A stretch of DNA of 64,000 nucleotides from an uncultured Verrucomicrobiae bacterium (GCA_963836755.1 CAWIKF010000002.1:1696001-1760000); one strand, 5' to 3'. Positions 26,512-36,040 are shown, numbered from the stretch's first letter. Numbers and translations are program-made. The notes: a model not told the origin generated them from the sequence alone.

Positions 26512-29160
26512 ATGTTACCGCGACCGGCCGGGACGATCACATTTTTGTTCACCGATATCGAAGGCAGCTCGCAGCTTTGGGAGCAGCAAATGGAAGCGAT
26601 GCGCCTCGCGCTGGCGAAGCACGATACGATTTTGCGCGAGGCTTTTGAATCGCAGCACGGCTTTGTTTTCAAAACCGTCGGCGATGCTTTTTGCGTGGCG
26701 TTCGACACGGCGCACGATGCCTGCGCGGCGGCGCTCGCCGCGCAACGGATGTTATACGGAGAAACGTGGGATGTTGTCGGTGCGATCAAAGTCCGTATGG
26801 CGCTGCACACCGGCCCGGCCGAGCAGCGCGACGGCGATTATTTTGGACCTGCGCTCAATCGCGTGAGCCGGCTGCTCGCGGCCGCGCACGGCGGGCAGAC
26901 ACTGCTTTCGCTGCCGACCGCGGAGCTTGTGCGCGACCATCTCGCGGGCGGCACGCGGCTGCGCGATCTTGGCGAGCGGCGGCTGCGCGACCTGACGCGG
27001 CCCGAGCATGTTTTTCAACTCGTGACGAACGATCTGCCGTCGGAATTTCCGCCGCTGCGTTCGCTGGAAAGTGTGCCGAATAACTTGCCGACGCAGCTGA
27101 CCAGTTTCGTCGGGCGCGAGCGCGAAATGGCGGAGGTCAAGCGCCTGCTCGACAGCACGCATCTGCTCACGCTCACCGGCACGGGCGGCACCGGAAAGAC
27201 GCGACTTTCGCTGCAAGTCGCGGCGGACAGTTTGGAGAAATTTCAGGACGGCGTCTGGCTCGTGGAGTTCGCAACGATCGACGACTCTGGGCTCGTGCCG
27301 GAGACCGTCGCTGCGGCGCTGAACGTTCGCCAGGAAACGGATCGGCCGCTCGTTGCGACGCTCACCAATTATCTCCGCGCCAAAAATCTGCTGCTCATTT
27401 TTGACAACTGCGAGCACGTGGTCGCGGCATGCGCGCGTCTCGCGGAGGCGCTGCTGCGCGCCTGCCCGCAGCTCCGCATCCTCGCGAGCAGCCGGGAGCC
27501 GCTCGGCATCGCGGGCGAAACGGCGTGGCCGCTGCCGCCGATGTCGCTGCCGGAACATTGGCGTGAGCTGAGCGGCGGGGCGAATGCGGCGGAGCGATTG
27601 CTCGAATACGAAGCCGTGCGGCTCTTCGCGGAGCGCGCGGCGCAGGCGCGGGCGACTTTTCAGTTGACTGACGAAAATGCTACAACCGTTGCGCAGATTT
27701 GCTGGCGGCTTGACGGCATTCCGCTGGCGATTGAACTCGCAGCGGCGCGGATCAAAGTTCTCACGCTCGCGCAGATCGCCGAGCGGCTCGATGACCGGTT
27801 TCATCTGCTCACCGGCGGCAGCCGCACGGCGCTTCCGCGACAGCAAACGCTGCGCGCGCTGGTCGATTGGAGCTACGATTTGCTGACTGAGCCCGAGCGG
27901 ATGCTGCTGCGGCGGCTCTCGGTTTTTGCCCGAGGCCGCACGCTCGAAGCAGTCGAGGCCGTCTGCGCCGGCGATGGGCTCGACGCGTATGAAATCATCG
28001 ACCTGCTCACGCAGCTCGTGGACAAATCGCTCGTGACCGTGGAGAAGAAAACCGAGCTCGGCGGGCGCTATTTCATGATCGAATCGATCTGGGATTACAG
28101 CCACGAAAAGCTCGCCGAGGCCGGCGAGACCGATGTCGTGCAAGGCCGTCATCTCGATTATTTTTTAAAATTTGCCGAGGAGCTCGAGCCGGTGATTCTC
28201 GGCCACGGACAGCGGCAGGGACTCGCGCGCATTGAGGAGGAATCGATGAACATTCGCTTCGCAGTCGAGGCGAGTCTGCGGCTGCCAGGGCAGGTGCAGA
28301 AAGGGTTGCGGCTCGCGTCGGCCGTGCAGCGCTCCATCGAAGTGCGCGGATTATTTAAAGAAACGCGCGATGATATTGCGCAGTTGATCGCGCATCCGGA
28401 CGGCGCGGTGCGCAATGCCGTGCGCGCAAAAGCTCTCGCGGCTGCGGCACGTCTCGCGTGGGTTTCCGATGACGTCGCGGTCGGGTTAAAACTCGAGACG
28501 GAAGCGCTCGAACTTTTTCGCGAGCTCGGCGATCCGCGCGGCATCGCAAGGTCGCTCGTGAACCTCGCGTTTTACGCGTTGGATGAGCGCGACCTCCGGC
28601 GCGCGCACGCGCTGCTCGCCGAGTCGCGGGCGAATGCGCCGGCGCCCGATGACGCGCGAGTTTGCGCCGACATTTTGCGCATGGAAGCAATCCTCGCATC
28701 GGTGGAAGGCGATTACCCGAAAGCCTTCGCCGCCCTGCACGAAACTTTCGCGCGCTACGAAGAAATTGGCGACGAATGGATGGCGAATATCGTGCGATGG
28801 GGACTCGGCGCGAGCGCGCTGATGCTCAGCCGCTTCGACGAAGCGCGCGCGCATTTCAGGGCGAATCTCCAGAACATGTGGGATATCGGAAATCGCTGGG
28901 GCGTGCCGTATCCGCTGGAAGCATTCGCGGCGCTGGCGATTGCTGAGAAAAAGTTTGAGCGCGCGGCGCGGCTGCTCGGCGCGGCGGAAGCGTTGCGGAC
29001 AAAGGCCGGGCTCGCGCCTGACCCGGTCGATCATCCGGGCGTGCGCGAAATCCTCGCATCGGCCGCGCAATTTTTTGACAAAAAAGAAGTTTCCGATGCG
29101 CGGCGCGAGGGAAGGGGAATGGCGGTGGATGAAGCGGTGAAGCTCGCGCTCAGCGAGTAG
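26512..29160 (+). CDS. Class III adenylate/guanylate cyclase domain fused to a STAND NTPase, winged-helix and TPR-like region
   Basis: TFLFTDIEGS, KTVGDAF, DYFGPALNR, NNLP.QLTSFVGRE, GTGGTGKT, FDNCEH, LDGIPLAIELAA and DWSYDLL motifs. Confidence 0.92.
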   Translation: MLPRPAGTITFLFTDIEGSSQLWEQQMEAMRLALAKHDTILREAFESQHGFVFKTVGDAFCVAFDTAHDACAAALAAQRMLYGETWDVVGAIKVRMALHTGPAEQRDGDYFGPALNRVSRLLAAAHGGQTLLSLPTAELVRDHLAGGTRLRDLGERRLRDLTRPEHVFQLVTNDLPSEFPPLRSLESVPNNLPTQLTSFVGREREMAEVKRLLDSTHLLTLTGTGGTGKTRLSLQVAADSLEKFQDGVWLVEFATIDDSGLVPETVAAALNVRQETDRPLVATLTNYLRAKNLLLIFDNCEHVVAACARLAEALLRACPQLRILASSREPLGIAGETAWPLPPMSLPEHWRELSGGANAAERLLEYEAVRLFAERAAQARATFQLTDENATTVAQICWRLDGIPLAIELAAARIKVLTLAQIAERLDDRFHLLTGGSRTALPRQQTLRALVDWSYDLLTEPERMLLRRLSVFARGRTLEAVEAVCAGDGLDAYEIIDLLTQLVDKSLVTVEKKTELGGRYFMIESIWDYSHEKLAEAGETDVVQGRHLDYFLKFAEELEPVILGHGQRQGLARIEEESMNIRFAVEASLRLPGQVQKGLRLASAVQRSIEVRGLFKETRDDIAQLIAHPDGAVRNAVRAKALAAAARLAWVSDDVAVGLKLETEALELFRELGDPRGIARSLVNLAFYALDERDLRRAHALLAESRANAPAPDDARVCADILRMEAILASVEGDYPKAFAALHETFARYEEIGDEWMANIVRWGLGASALMLSRFDEARAHFRANLQNMWDIGNRWGVPYPLEAFAALAIAEKKFERAARLLGAAEALRTKAGLAPDPVDHPGVREILASAAQFFDKKEVSDARREGRGMAVDEAVKLALSE

Positions 29161-29182
29161 CCGTGGGGGCTTCGCGGCAAAG

Positions 29183-29884
29183 TTACGCCGCTTTCTGCGC
29201 GGCGACTGCGGCGAGGATCGATTCGAAAATAATCCCGCCGTCCGTGCTGCCGAGCCGTGCATCGCAGGCGCGCTCCGGATGCGGCATCATGCCGAAAACA
29301 TTGCGCCCGCGATTGCAGATGCCGGCAATGTTTTCCACCGACCCATTCGGACATGCCGCGGGAGTGGCCGCGCCGTGGTCATCGACGTAGCGGAGCAAAA
29401 TCTGCCGGTGCAAAGTCAGGTCGCGCAAAGTCTCGTCGCTCGCGACGTAACACCCTTCGCCATGTGCGACCGGAATGTTTAACGTTGTTCCTGTCCATGT
29501 CGCGTTCGTGAATGGCGTGTCGATATTCTCCACGCGCACGCGGCGATGTTCGCAGATGAAGTGGAGTGATTGGTTTCGAATGAGCGCGCCAGGCAGCAGC
29601 CGCGCCTCGCACAAAATCTGGAATCCGTTGCAAATCCCGAGCACGAGTGCGCCCGCGTCCGCCGCTTCGCAAACACTTTTCATCACCGGCGAAAAGCGGG
29701 CGATTGCTCCGCAGCGCAGATAATCGCCATACGAAAATCCGCCCGGCAGCACGATCAGATCATAGCCCGCGACGGACGTCTCCTTGTGCCAGACATATTC
29801 CGTTTCGATGCCGTAAAAGTTCAGCGCCGCGAAGCAATCTTGATCGCAGTTCGAGCCGGGGAATCGGACGACGGCCGCTTTCAT
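29183..29884 (-). CDS. purQ: FGAM synthase glutaminase subunit PurQ
   Basis: FPGSNCD, PGGFSYGDYLR, GICNGFQ, AHGEG and MMPHPER motifs. Confidence 0.97.
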   Translation of the reverse strand: MKAAVVRFPGSNCDQDCFAALNFYGIETEYVWHKETSVAGYDLIVLPGGFSYGDYLRCGAIARFSPVMKSVCEAADAGALVLGICNGFQILCEARLLPGALIRNQSLHFICEHRRVRVENIDTPFTNATWTGTTLNIPVAHGEGCYVASDETLRDLTLHRQILLRYVDDHGAATPAACPNGSVENIAGICNRGRNVFGMMPHPERACDARLGSTDGGIIFESILAAVAAQKAA

Positions 29885-30066
29885 CGCAGGTCGCGCATCC
29901 GCTGGTCCGCGTGATAATCATTCACGACGCAGATCGCGTGGACGACGCCCGGCACCCAGCCGAGCGCAGTCAGGAACAAGCTCAGGATGAAACTCGACAT
30001 CCGGCCGGTGAGCAGCACCGCGAGCGGCGGCATGACGATGCAGAAAAAGTAGCGAAGCGCTTTCAC
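29881..30066 (-). CDS. YqaE/Pmp3 family small membrane protein
   Basis: 61 aa; PPLAVLL...LTALGWVPGVVHA motif. Confidence 0.88.
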   Translation of the reverse strand: MKALRYFFCIVMPPLAVLLTGRMSSFILSLFLTALGWVPGVVHAICVVNDYHADQRMRDLR

Positions 30067-30073
30067 GGAACTT

Positions 30074-30304
30074 TTACTTTTGAATCTCCAGCCGGTAGTC
30101 CTCGATCACCGGGTTTGAAAGCAGGTCGCGGCAAACCTCGTGCAGCTTTTCCTCGTCCGCGCCTTCCATTTCGATGTCGATGAATTTGCCGACGCGGACG
30201 CTTTTCACTCCCGGCAATCCGTGGTGATGGATCGCGTCGCGCACCGCGATTCCCTGCGGGTCGAGCACAGTTTTTTTCGGCATCACGATCACGTTTGCTT
30301 TCAT
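30074..30304 (-). CDS. purS: FGAM synthase subunit PurS
   Basis: MKANVIVMPKKTVLDPQG...VRVGK...LLSNPVIEDY; 76 aa from ATG 30304. Confidence 0.95.
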   Translation of the reverse strand: MKANVIVMPKKTVLDPQGIAVRDAIHHHGLPGVKSVRVGKFIDIEMEGADEEKLHEVCRDLLSNPVIEDYRLEIQK

Positions 30305-30392
30305 GCTGGATAAACTGGAAGGCGTGGCGGCAAACTGCAACCGCATTCGCATTTGTGCTGCGCGCCGCGTCCGCGGGACATAAACTCCAGGC

Positions 30393-31679
30393 ATGAACCA
30401 CACCCGTTCCCACGCCGCATTCGAGCGGGCGAGCAGGCGCATCCCCGGCGGCGTGAATTCCCCCGTGCGCGCCTTTCGCGGCGTCGGCGGCGAACCGTTC
30501 TTCATCGAGCGCGCGAGCGGCGCCCACATCTGGGACATCGACGGCAACGAATACATCGACTACGTCGGCACATGGGGCCCGGCCATTCTCGGCCACGCGC
30601 CCGCCGTCGTGCTCGATGCCATCAAGCAAACCGCCGACCGCGGCACCAGCTTCGGCATTCCGAACCCACTCGAGCTCGAAATGGCCGAGCTCATCTGCGA
30701 TTGGATGCCGTCCGTGGAAAAAGTTCGCATGGTCAATAGCGGCACCGAGGCCACCATGTCGTGCATCCGCCTCGCGCGCGGCTTCACCGGGCGCGACAAG
30801 ATCATCAAATTCGAAGGCTGCTACCACGGCCACGTCGACTCGCTTTTGGTCAAAGCCGGCAGCGGCGCGCTCACACACGGCGAGCCCGACAGCGCCGGAG
30901 TCCCCGCCGCGCTCGCTGATCTCACCATCACCCTCCCATTCAATGACGCGCAGGCGCTGCGCTCCGTCTTTCGGCACGAGGGGAGCAAAATCGCCGCCGT
31001 CATCCTCGAGCCGATCCCTGCCAATGCCGGGCTTTACTTCCCGCGCGACGGCTTCCTCGAGCTCCTCTGCCAGCTCTGCGCCGAGCACGACGCGCTGCTG
31101 ATTTTCGACGAAGTCATGACCGGCTTTCGCGTCGCACGCGGCGGCGCGCAATCGCTCTACGGCATCGTCCCCGACCTCACCGCGCTCGGGAAAATCATCG
31201 GCGGCGGCCTTCCCGTCGGCGCATTCGGCGGCCGCGCCGACATCATGGACCAGCTCTCGCCCGACGGCCCCGTCTATCAAGCGGGCACCCTCTCCGGCAA
31301 CCCGCTCGCCCTGGCCGCCGGCCTCGCGCAGCTCCGCGAGCTCGACCGCCTCGATGGCTGGAAAAAACTCGACGCCCTCGGCGAGACGCTCGAGTCCGCG
31401 ACGCGCGACGCTTTGAAAAAAGCGAGCCGCGACTACGTCTTCCACCGCATCGGCTCCATGTTTTGCCTCTTCTTCACCGACGGCCCCGTGCGCAACCTCC
31501 TCGACGCGCAGCGGAGCGACCGCGCAGCCTTTGCGATCTTTTTCCACGCCTGCCTCGAGCGCGGCATCTACTTTGCCCCGTCGCAATTCGAGACCGGCTT
31601 CCTCTCCCTCGCGCACAGCGGCGAAGACATCGCCCGCACCGCCAGGATCGTCGCCGAATCGCTCATCGCCCGCAGTTAA
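30393..31679 (+). CDS. hemL: Glutamate-1-semialdehyde 2,1-aminomutase
   Basis: PGGVNSPVRAF, VNSGTEA, GCYHGH, FDEVMTGFR, GKIIGGGLP and YQAGTLSGNP motifs. Confidence 0.97.
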   Translation: MNHTRSHAAFERASRRIPGGVNSPVRAFRGVGGEPFFIERASGAHIWDIDGNEYIDYVGTWGPAILGHAPAVVLDAIKQTADRGTSFGIPNPLELEMAELICDWMPSVEKVRMVNSGTEATMSCIRLARGFTGRDKIIKFEGCYHGHVDSLLVKAGSGALTHGEPDSAGVPAALADLTITLPFNDAQALRSVFRHEGSKIAAVILEPIPANAGLYFPRDGFLELLCQLCAEHDALLIFDEVMTGFRVARGGAQSLYGIVPDLTALGKIIGGGLPVGAFGGRADIMDQLSPDGPVYQAGTLSGNPLALAAGLAQLRELDRLDGWKKLDALGETLESATRDALKKASRDYVFHRIGSMFCLFFTDGPVRNLLDAQRSDRAAFAIFFHACLERGIYFAPSQFETGFLSLAHSGEDIARTARIVAESLIARS

Positions 31680-31929
31680 AAGTCGCGCGAAGCAAGCTCG
31701 ATCATCCTTGACGATGGCTTGCTGGAGGAATCACGAATAGCACAGCCTCACCTTCCGGATAACGCCTCTGGTAGCGTTCGGCGATGCCATCAAATCGGAT
31801 GGTGGTGTAGCCATTGGTGCCCGCGGTGGAGTCAACTTCGAAGCCGGTCGCGTGTGCAATCGCCCGAAGTAAATACCGAAAAGTGCATTGCCTTGGTCGC
31901 GGGCGATAACTGGCGATCCCGACCTTCCG

Positions 31930-32061
31930 TTAAGTTTTATGCAGGATTAATGGGAATTGGACGGTGGTGATTTCGGCAAGGTATTTTTTGTTGATGTCGC
32001 CGGGGGCCTGCCGCGTTTTGGCGGGGGTTTGGGCCGGAGTGGGTGCGGGTGTATCGGTCAT
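31930..32061 (-). pseudogene. Truncated paralog of the module-1 protein (module 4)
   Basis: MTDTPAPTPAQTPAKTRQAPGDINKKYLAEITT aligns by eye with MADPTPAPTP---KTRKPRGPIDGRLLQQLET. The ORF stops after 43 aa. Confidence 0.65.
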
Positions 32062-32119
32062 GGTAGGTTTGGCTGGGGTTGGCTGATTTCTTTGATTTTT
32101 GCTAATTTGCTGTCTGTTT

Positions 32120-32329
32120 TCTGCGGGCGTCAGGATCCTCGCTTCGGGTCGCGCGGTCTGGGCTTCCGGCTGCGATGTCTGCGCTTCCGGTCGCGAGGTT
32201 CGGGCTTTGCGTCGCGAGGTTCGCTCTTCGGGCTCCGAGGTTCGCGCTTCCGGCGGCGATGTTTGAAATGCGAGCGACGCCGTTCGCGCTTGCGGTGTTT
32301 GGCTTCGCGTCTTGGCCAGCGGGTGCCCG
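32120..32329. repeat. Degenerate tandem array, about 10 x 21 bp, consensus about GCTTCCGGTCGCGAGGTTCGC
   Basis: Units at 32120, 32141, 32162, 32183, 32204, 32225, 32246, 32267, 32288 and 32309. The minus strand reads as EARTSRP-like heptads. Confidence 0.88.
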
Positions 32330-32554
32330 TCCGGCAATCTCTCCGCTCATGAACACCATCGATTTTTCACCGCCCATGAACATCACATGCATCTCCGCCG
32401 GCGATGTGATGAGCCCGCGCGCTTTCTGTCAAACATTTTTTAGCAAAGAGTTAGCGCGAAAACTTTGACTACGATCTCTGCGAGGCGCTCCCTTGCTAGC
32501 CCGGCGGCACCGATTTTATGCGGAAACAGATTGAGGTGGAATGGATGGAAGCCA

Positions 32555-33346
32555 ATGCCTAACTTTGACGCCATGCCGCTCCTCGTGATCTTCCTGTTCA
32601 TCGGTTTCATCATCCTGCTCACGGGACTGCGCGTGGCGCAGGAATATCAGCGCGGAGTGGTGTTTCGGCTCGGGCGTTTCGTTGGGACGCGTGGGCCGGG
32701 GTTGTATTGGATCGTGCCTCTGGGTATTGAGCGGGCGGTGACGATCGATATCCGCACGACGACGGTCTCCGCGGAGCAGCAGGAGACGATCACGCGCGAT
32801 AGCGTGACGATCAAAGTCAACGCCGTGCTTTGGTATAAAATCCACGACGCCGCGAAGTCGGTGATCGCGGTGAATAATGCGAGCGCGGCCGTCTATCAAT
32901 TGGCGCTGACGAGTTTGCGCAACATCATCGGCCAGCACGATCTCGACGAAGTGCTGCAGGCGCGGGACAAGATCAATATGCTGCTGCGCGACGGCATCGC
33001 GCCTTCGACCGAAGCGTGGGGACTCGAGGTGGAGCGCTTCGAGATGAAGGACGTCGAGCTGCCGGAGGCGATGCAGCAGGTGATGGCGATGCAGGCCGAG
33101 GCGATACGCGAAAAGCGCGCGCGCATCATCAAGGCCGAGGCGGAGCTGGAGGCGTCGCAAAAACTGGCGCAGGCGAGTGAGCAGATGGCGGGAAATCCCG
33201 CGGCGCTGGAGTTGCGCCGGATGCAGATGCTCTCGGAGATCGGCGCGGAGAATAATTCGACGACCGTGCTCATGATCCCGTCAGATTTCGTGACGCTGGC
33301 GAAATCACTCAGCGAATATCTGCTGGAGCATCGGCCGAAACTTTGA
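32555..33346 (+). CDS. SPFH/stomatin (slipin) family protein
   Basis: N-terminal TM followed by EYQRGVVFRLGR...GPGL, LRNIIG and QAEA.REKRA motifs. Start inferred. Confidence 0.92.
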   Translation: MPNFDAMPLLVIFLFIGFIILLTGLRVAQEYQRGVVFRLGRFVGTRGPGLYWIVPLGIERAVTIDIRTTTVSAEQQETITRDSVTIKVNAVLWYKIHDAAKSVIAVNNASAAVYQLALTSLRNIIGQHDLDEVLQARDKINMLLRDGIAPSTEAWGLEVERFEMKDVELPEAMQQVMAMQAEAIREKRARIIKAEAELEASQKLAQASEQMAGNPAALELRRMQMLSEIGAENNSTTVLMIPSDFVTLAKSLSEYLLEHRPKL

Positions 33347-33447
33347 AGCGCGACCGATGGCGCGCCGATGCGCGAAGGGAAGATGGAGCAAAAGTTTCCC
33401 CTAACATTCCGCGCCAATCTGCGTAATCTGCCGACTCTTTTTCCACG

Positions 33448-36030
33448 ATGCCTGCCGTCCTCGAATCCACTGCCAGCACCGCCCGCGAGCTCGAGCCGAT
33501 CCGCGTGCGTGCAAAGTTTTTCTTTGAGGGCGACCGGAAGTTTTTTCTAAAAGGCGTCACCTACGGGCCGTTCACGCCGAACGCCGACGGCGACTTTTTC
33601 CCGCCGCTCGAGCGCGTCCGCACCGACCTCGCGCTGATGAATGAGCTCGGCGTGAACCTCGTGCGAATTTATTACGCACCGCCCGCGTGGTTCCTCGATG
33701 AATGCCGCGCCGCCGGCATCCGCGTGCTGATCTCAATCCCGTGGGCGGAGCACGTCGAGTTTTTAAACAACAGTCGCATGCGCCGCCAGATCGTGCGGAC
33801 GATCCGCGACGCCGTGCGGAAGAATCGCGGGCACGAGGCGATCTTCGCCTACCTCGTCGGCAACGAAATCCCGACGACGATGGTGCGTTGGCTCGGCGCG
33901 AAACGCGTGACCTACTTTGTTGAACATCTGATCACGATCGCGCGCGACATCGATCCGCGCCCGCTCTACAGCTACGCGAGCTATCCGCCCACGGAATATC
34001 TGCTGCCGCAGAACGTCGATTTCTACAGCTTCAACGTTTACCTCGAGCGCCGCATCGACTTTGAGCGCTACCTCGCGCGCCTGCAAAATCTCGCGGACGA
34101 CAAGCCGCTCATCATGGGCGAATTCGGCCTCGACACGATTCGCAAAGGCGAGGAGCAGCAAGCGGAGGTGCTCGACTGGCATCTCGATGTCGTCGTGAAA
34201 GGCGGCGCGGCCGGGACGATTTTTTTCTCGTGGACGGACGAGTGGTTCACCGGCGGCGCGGAGATCACGGACTGGGCATTCGGGCTGGTCACACGCGATC
34301 GCACGCCGAAAAAGGCTTTCGCCGTTTTGCAGAAAAAGTTGCGCGGGCTCGACTCGATCACGCAGCGCGTCGCGCTGGAAAAATATCCACGCGTCTCGAT
34401 CATCGTCTGCAGCTACAACGGCGCGAAGACGCTGGGCGACTGCTTCGAGTCACTCGATGCGCTGAATTATCCCGACTACGAAATTGTGTTCGTCGATGAC
34501 GGGTCAAAGGACGACACACAGCAAATCGTCGCCGCTTTTTTAAACAAGCGAGATCCGGGGAAAAAGCTCGCCGAATTTCAAAATATCCGGCAGCCGAACA
34601 TGGGCCTGAGCTACGCGCGCAATGCGGGAGCGCACGCGGCGACCGGCGACATTTTTGCCTACACCGATTCCGACTGCATGCCTGATCCGGATTGGCTTTA
34701 TTACCTCATTGGCACGCTCACGAGCGGCGATTACGCAGGCGTCGGCGGGCCGAATATTCCGCCGCCGGCGGTGAATTGGATTCAAGCCGCGGTCGCCGCG
34801 GCGCCCGGCGGTCCGTCGCACGTGTTGCTCTCGGATGTAGTCGCAGAGCACATTCCCGGCTGCAACATGGCCTTTCACCGCTGGGCTTTCGAGCAGGTCG
34901 GCGGCTTCGACACGGAATATCGTAAGGCGGGCGACGACGTCGATTTTTGCTGGCGCTTGCAGACGAGCGGGCAGGTGATCGCATTCAGCCCGGCGGCGAT
35001 CGTCTGGCATTACCGGCGTTTCACACTGAAAGCATTTCGTAAACAACAAGAAGGATATGGCGAGGCCGAATCGATGCTTCGTTTCAAGCATCTCATCTTT
35101 TTCGGCCCGACCGGCACGATCAAATGGAAGGGCAATATCTACGGCGCGCCACGCTTCACATGGCTCATCAACAAGCCGGTGATTTACCACGGCGTCTTCG
35201 GCCAGGGCTTGTTCCAATCAATTTACCCGACGCCGCAATCGGACATCGCCGCGTATCTTTCCAGCATCGAATGGCTCGGTTTGACAGCGTTTATCTTTGT
35301 GTTGGCGATACCGTTTCCGAGCCTGCGCATCGTGCCGTATCTGATGTTCGGCGGAACGTTCGCCGTGGCGCTCAGTTACATGATGCACGCGCGGATCGAG
35401 CGAAAGTTTGACACAATCGCCGCGCGCTTGCTCGTCACTTTTCTCGCGCTGATGCAGCCGTGGGGCCGCGGTTGGGCGCGCTACTTTACATGGCTTAAAT
35501 ACAAGCACACGCCGACGACCGTCATCGCCGCGCGCGAGGCCGGCGTCGACATGCGCGGCAGTATTTCGCACATCAATCTGTGGAATGAAGCAGGCGTCGG
35601 TCGCGAAAAATTGCTTGAGGAAATTTTTGCGCTGCTCGAGACCGAGGGATGGAATTATTCCGCCGACACCGGTTGGAAAAATTGGGACGCGCAGATTTAC
35701 GGGAACTTCTGGTGGATCATCAAGCTTGCTACCGTTACCGAATATCACGGTGGCCCGAAATGCCTCACGCGCGTCCGGCTTTCGTATAAACCGGTCGTGA
35801 CCTTCGTGCTGGTGAATGCGATCGCGCTCGCCGTGGTGCTCTACCGGTCGATCGCCACGACGAATGCGGACATCATCCTCCGCGGCGCATACGTGCTCTT
35901 TCTGCTCGTCGTCCTGTATCGCGCGTGGCGCTTGAAATATCGCGTGGCGGAGCTGGTGCTCGCCGCCGCCGGGCGCGCCGGACTGCAGCGCGTTTTCGGG
36001 AAACAAAGCAAACCCGCGCCGAAATCGTGA
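33448..36030 (+). CDS. Clan GH-A-like TIM-barrel domain fused to a GT2 glycosyltransferase with C-terminal TM segments
   Basis: N-terminal KGVTYGPF, VGNEIP and GEFG; GT2 motifs VDDGS, ARNAG, TDSDC, GCNMAF and GDDVD. Confidence 0.85.
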   Translation: MPAVLESTASTARELEPIRVRAKFFFEGDRKFFLKGVTYGPFTPNADGDFFPPLERVRTDLALMNELGVNLVRIYYAPPAWFLDECRAAGIRVLISIPWAEHVEFLNNSRMRRQIVRTIRDAVRKNRGHEAIFAYLVGNEIPTTMVRWLGAKRVTYFVEHLITIARDIDPRPLYSYASYPPTEYLLPQNVDFYSFNVYLERRIDFERYLARLQNLADDKPLIMGEFGLDTIRKGEEQQAEVLDWHLDVVVKGGAAGTIFFSWTDEWFTGGAEITDWAFGLVTRDRTPKKAFAVLQKKLRGLDSITQRVALEKYPRVSIIVCSYNGAKTLGDCFESLDALNYPDYEIVFVDDGSKDDTQQIVAAFLNKRDPGKKLAEFQNIRQPNMGLSYARNAGAHAATGDIFAYTDSDCMPDPDWLYYLIGTLTSGDYAGVGGPNIPPPAVNWIQAAVAAAPGGPSHVLLSDVVAEHIPGCNMAFHRWAFEQVGGFDTEYRKAGDDVDFCWRLQTSGQVIAFSPAAIVWHYRRFTLKAFRKQQEGYGEAESMLRFKHLIFFGPTGTIKWKGNIYGAPRFTWLINKPVIYHGVFGQGLFQSIYPTPQSDIAAYLSSIEWLGLTAFIFVLAIPFPSLRIVPYLMFGGTFAVALSYMMHARIERKFDTIAARLLVTFLALMQPWGRGWARYFTWLKYKHTPTTVIAAREAGVDMRGSISHINLWNEAGVGREKLLEEIFALLETEGWNYSADTGWKNWDAQIYGNFWWIIKLATVTEYHGGPKCLTRVRLSYKPVVTFVLVNAIALAVVLYRSIATTNADIILRGAYVLFLLVVLYRAWRLKYRVAELVLAAAGRAGLQRVFGKQSKPAPKS

Positions 36031-36040
36031 CGCGGTCGCA

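Noticed and set aside
31900..31940. ACTTAAC...GTTATCG on the minus strand as an attC site near module 4
   Set aside because: The spacing is too short, the second site does not fit GTTRRRY, and there is no supporting hairpin.
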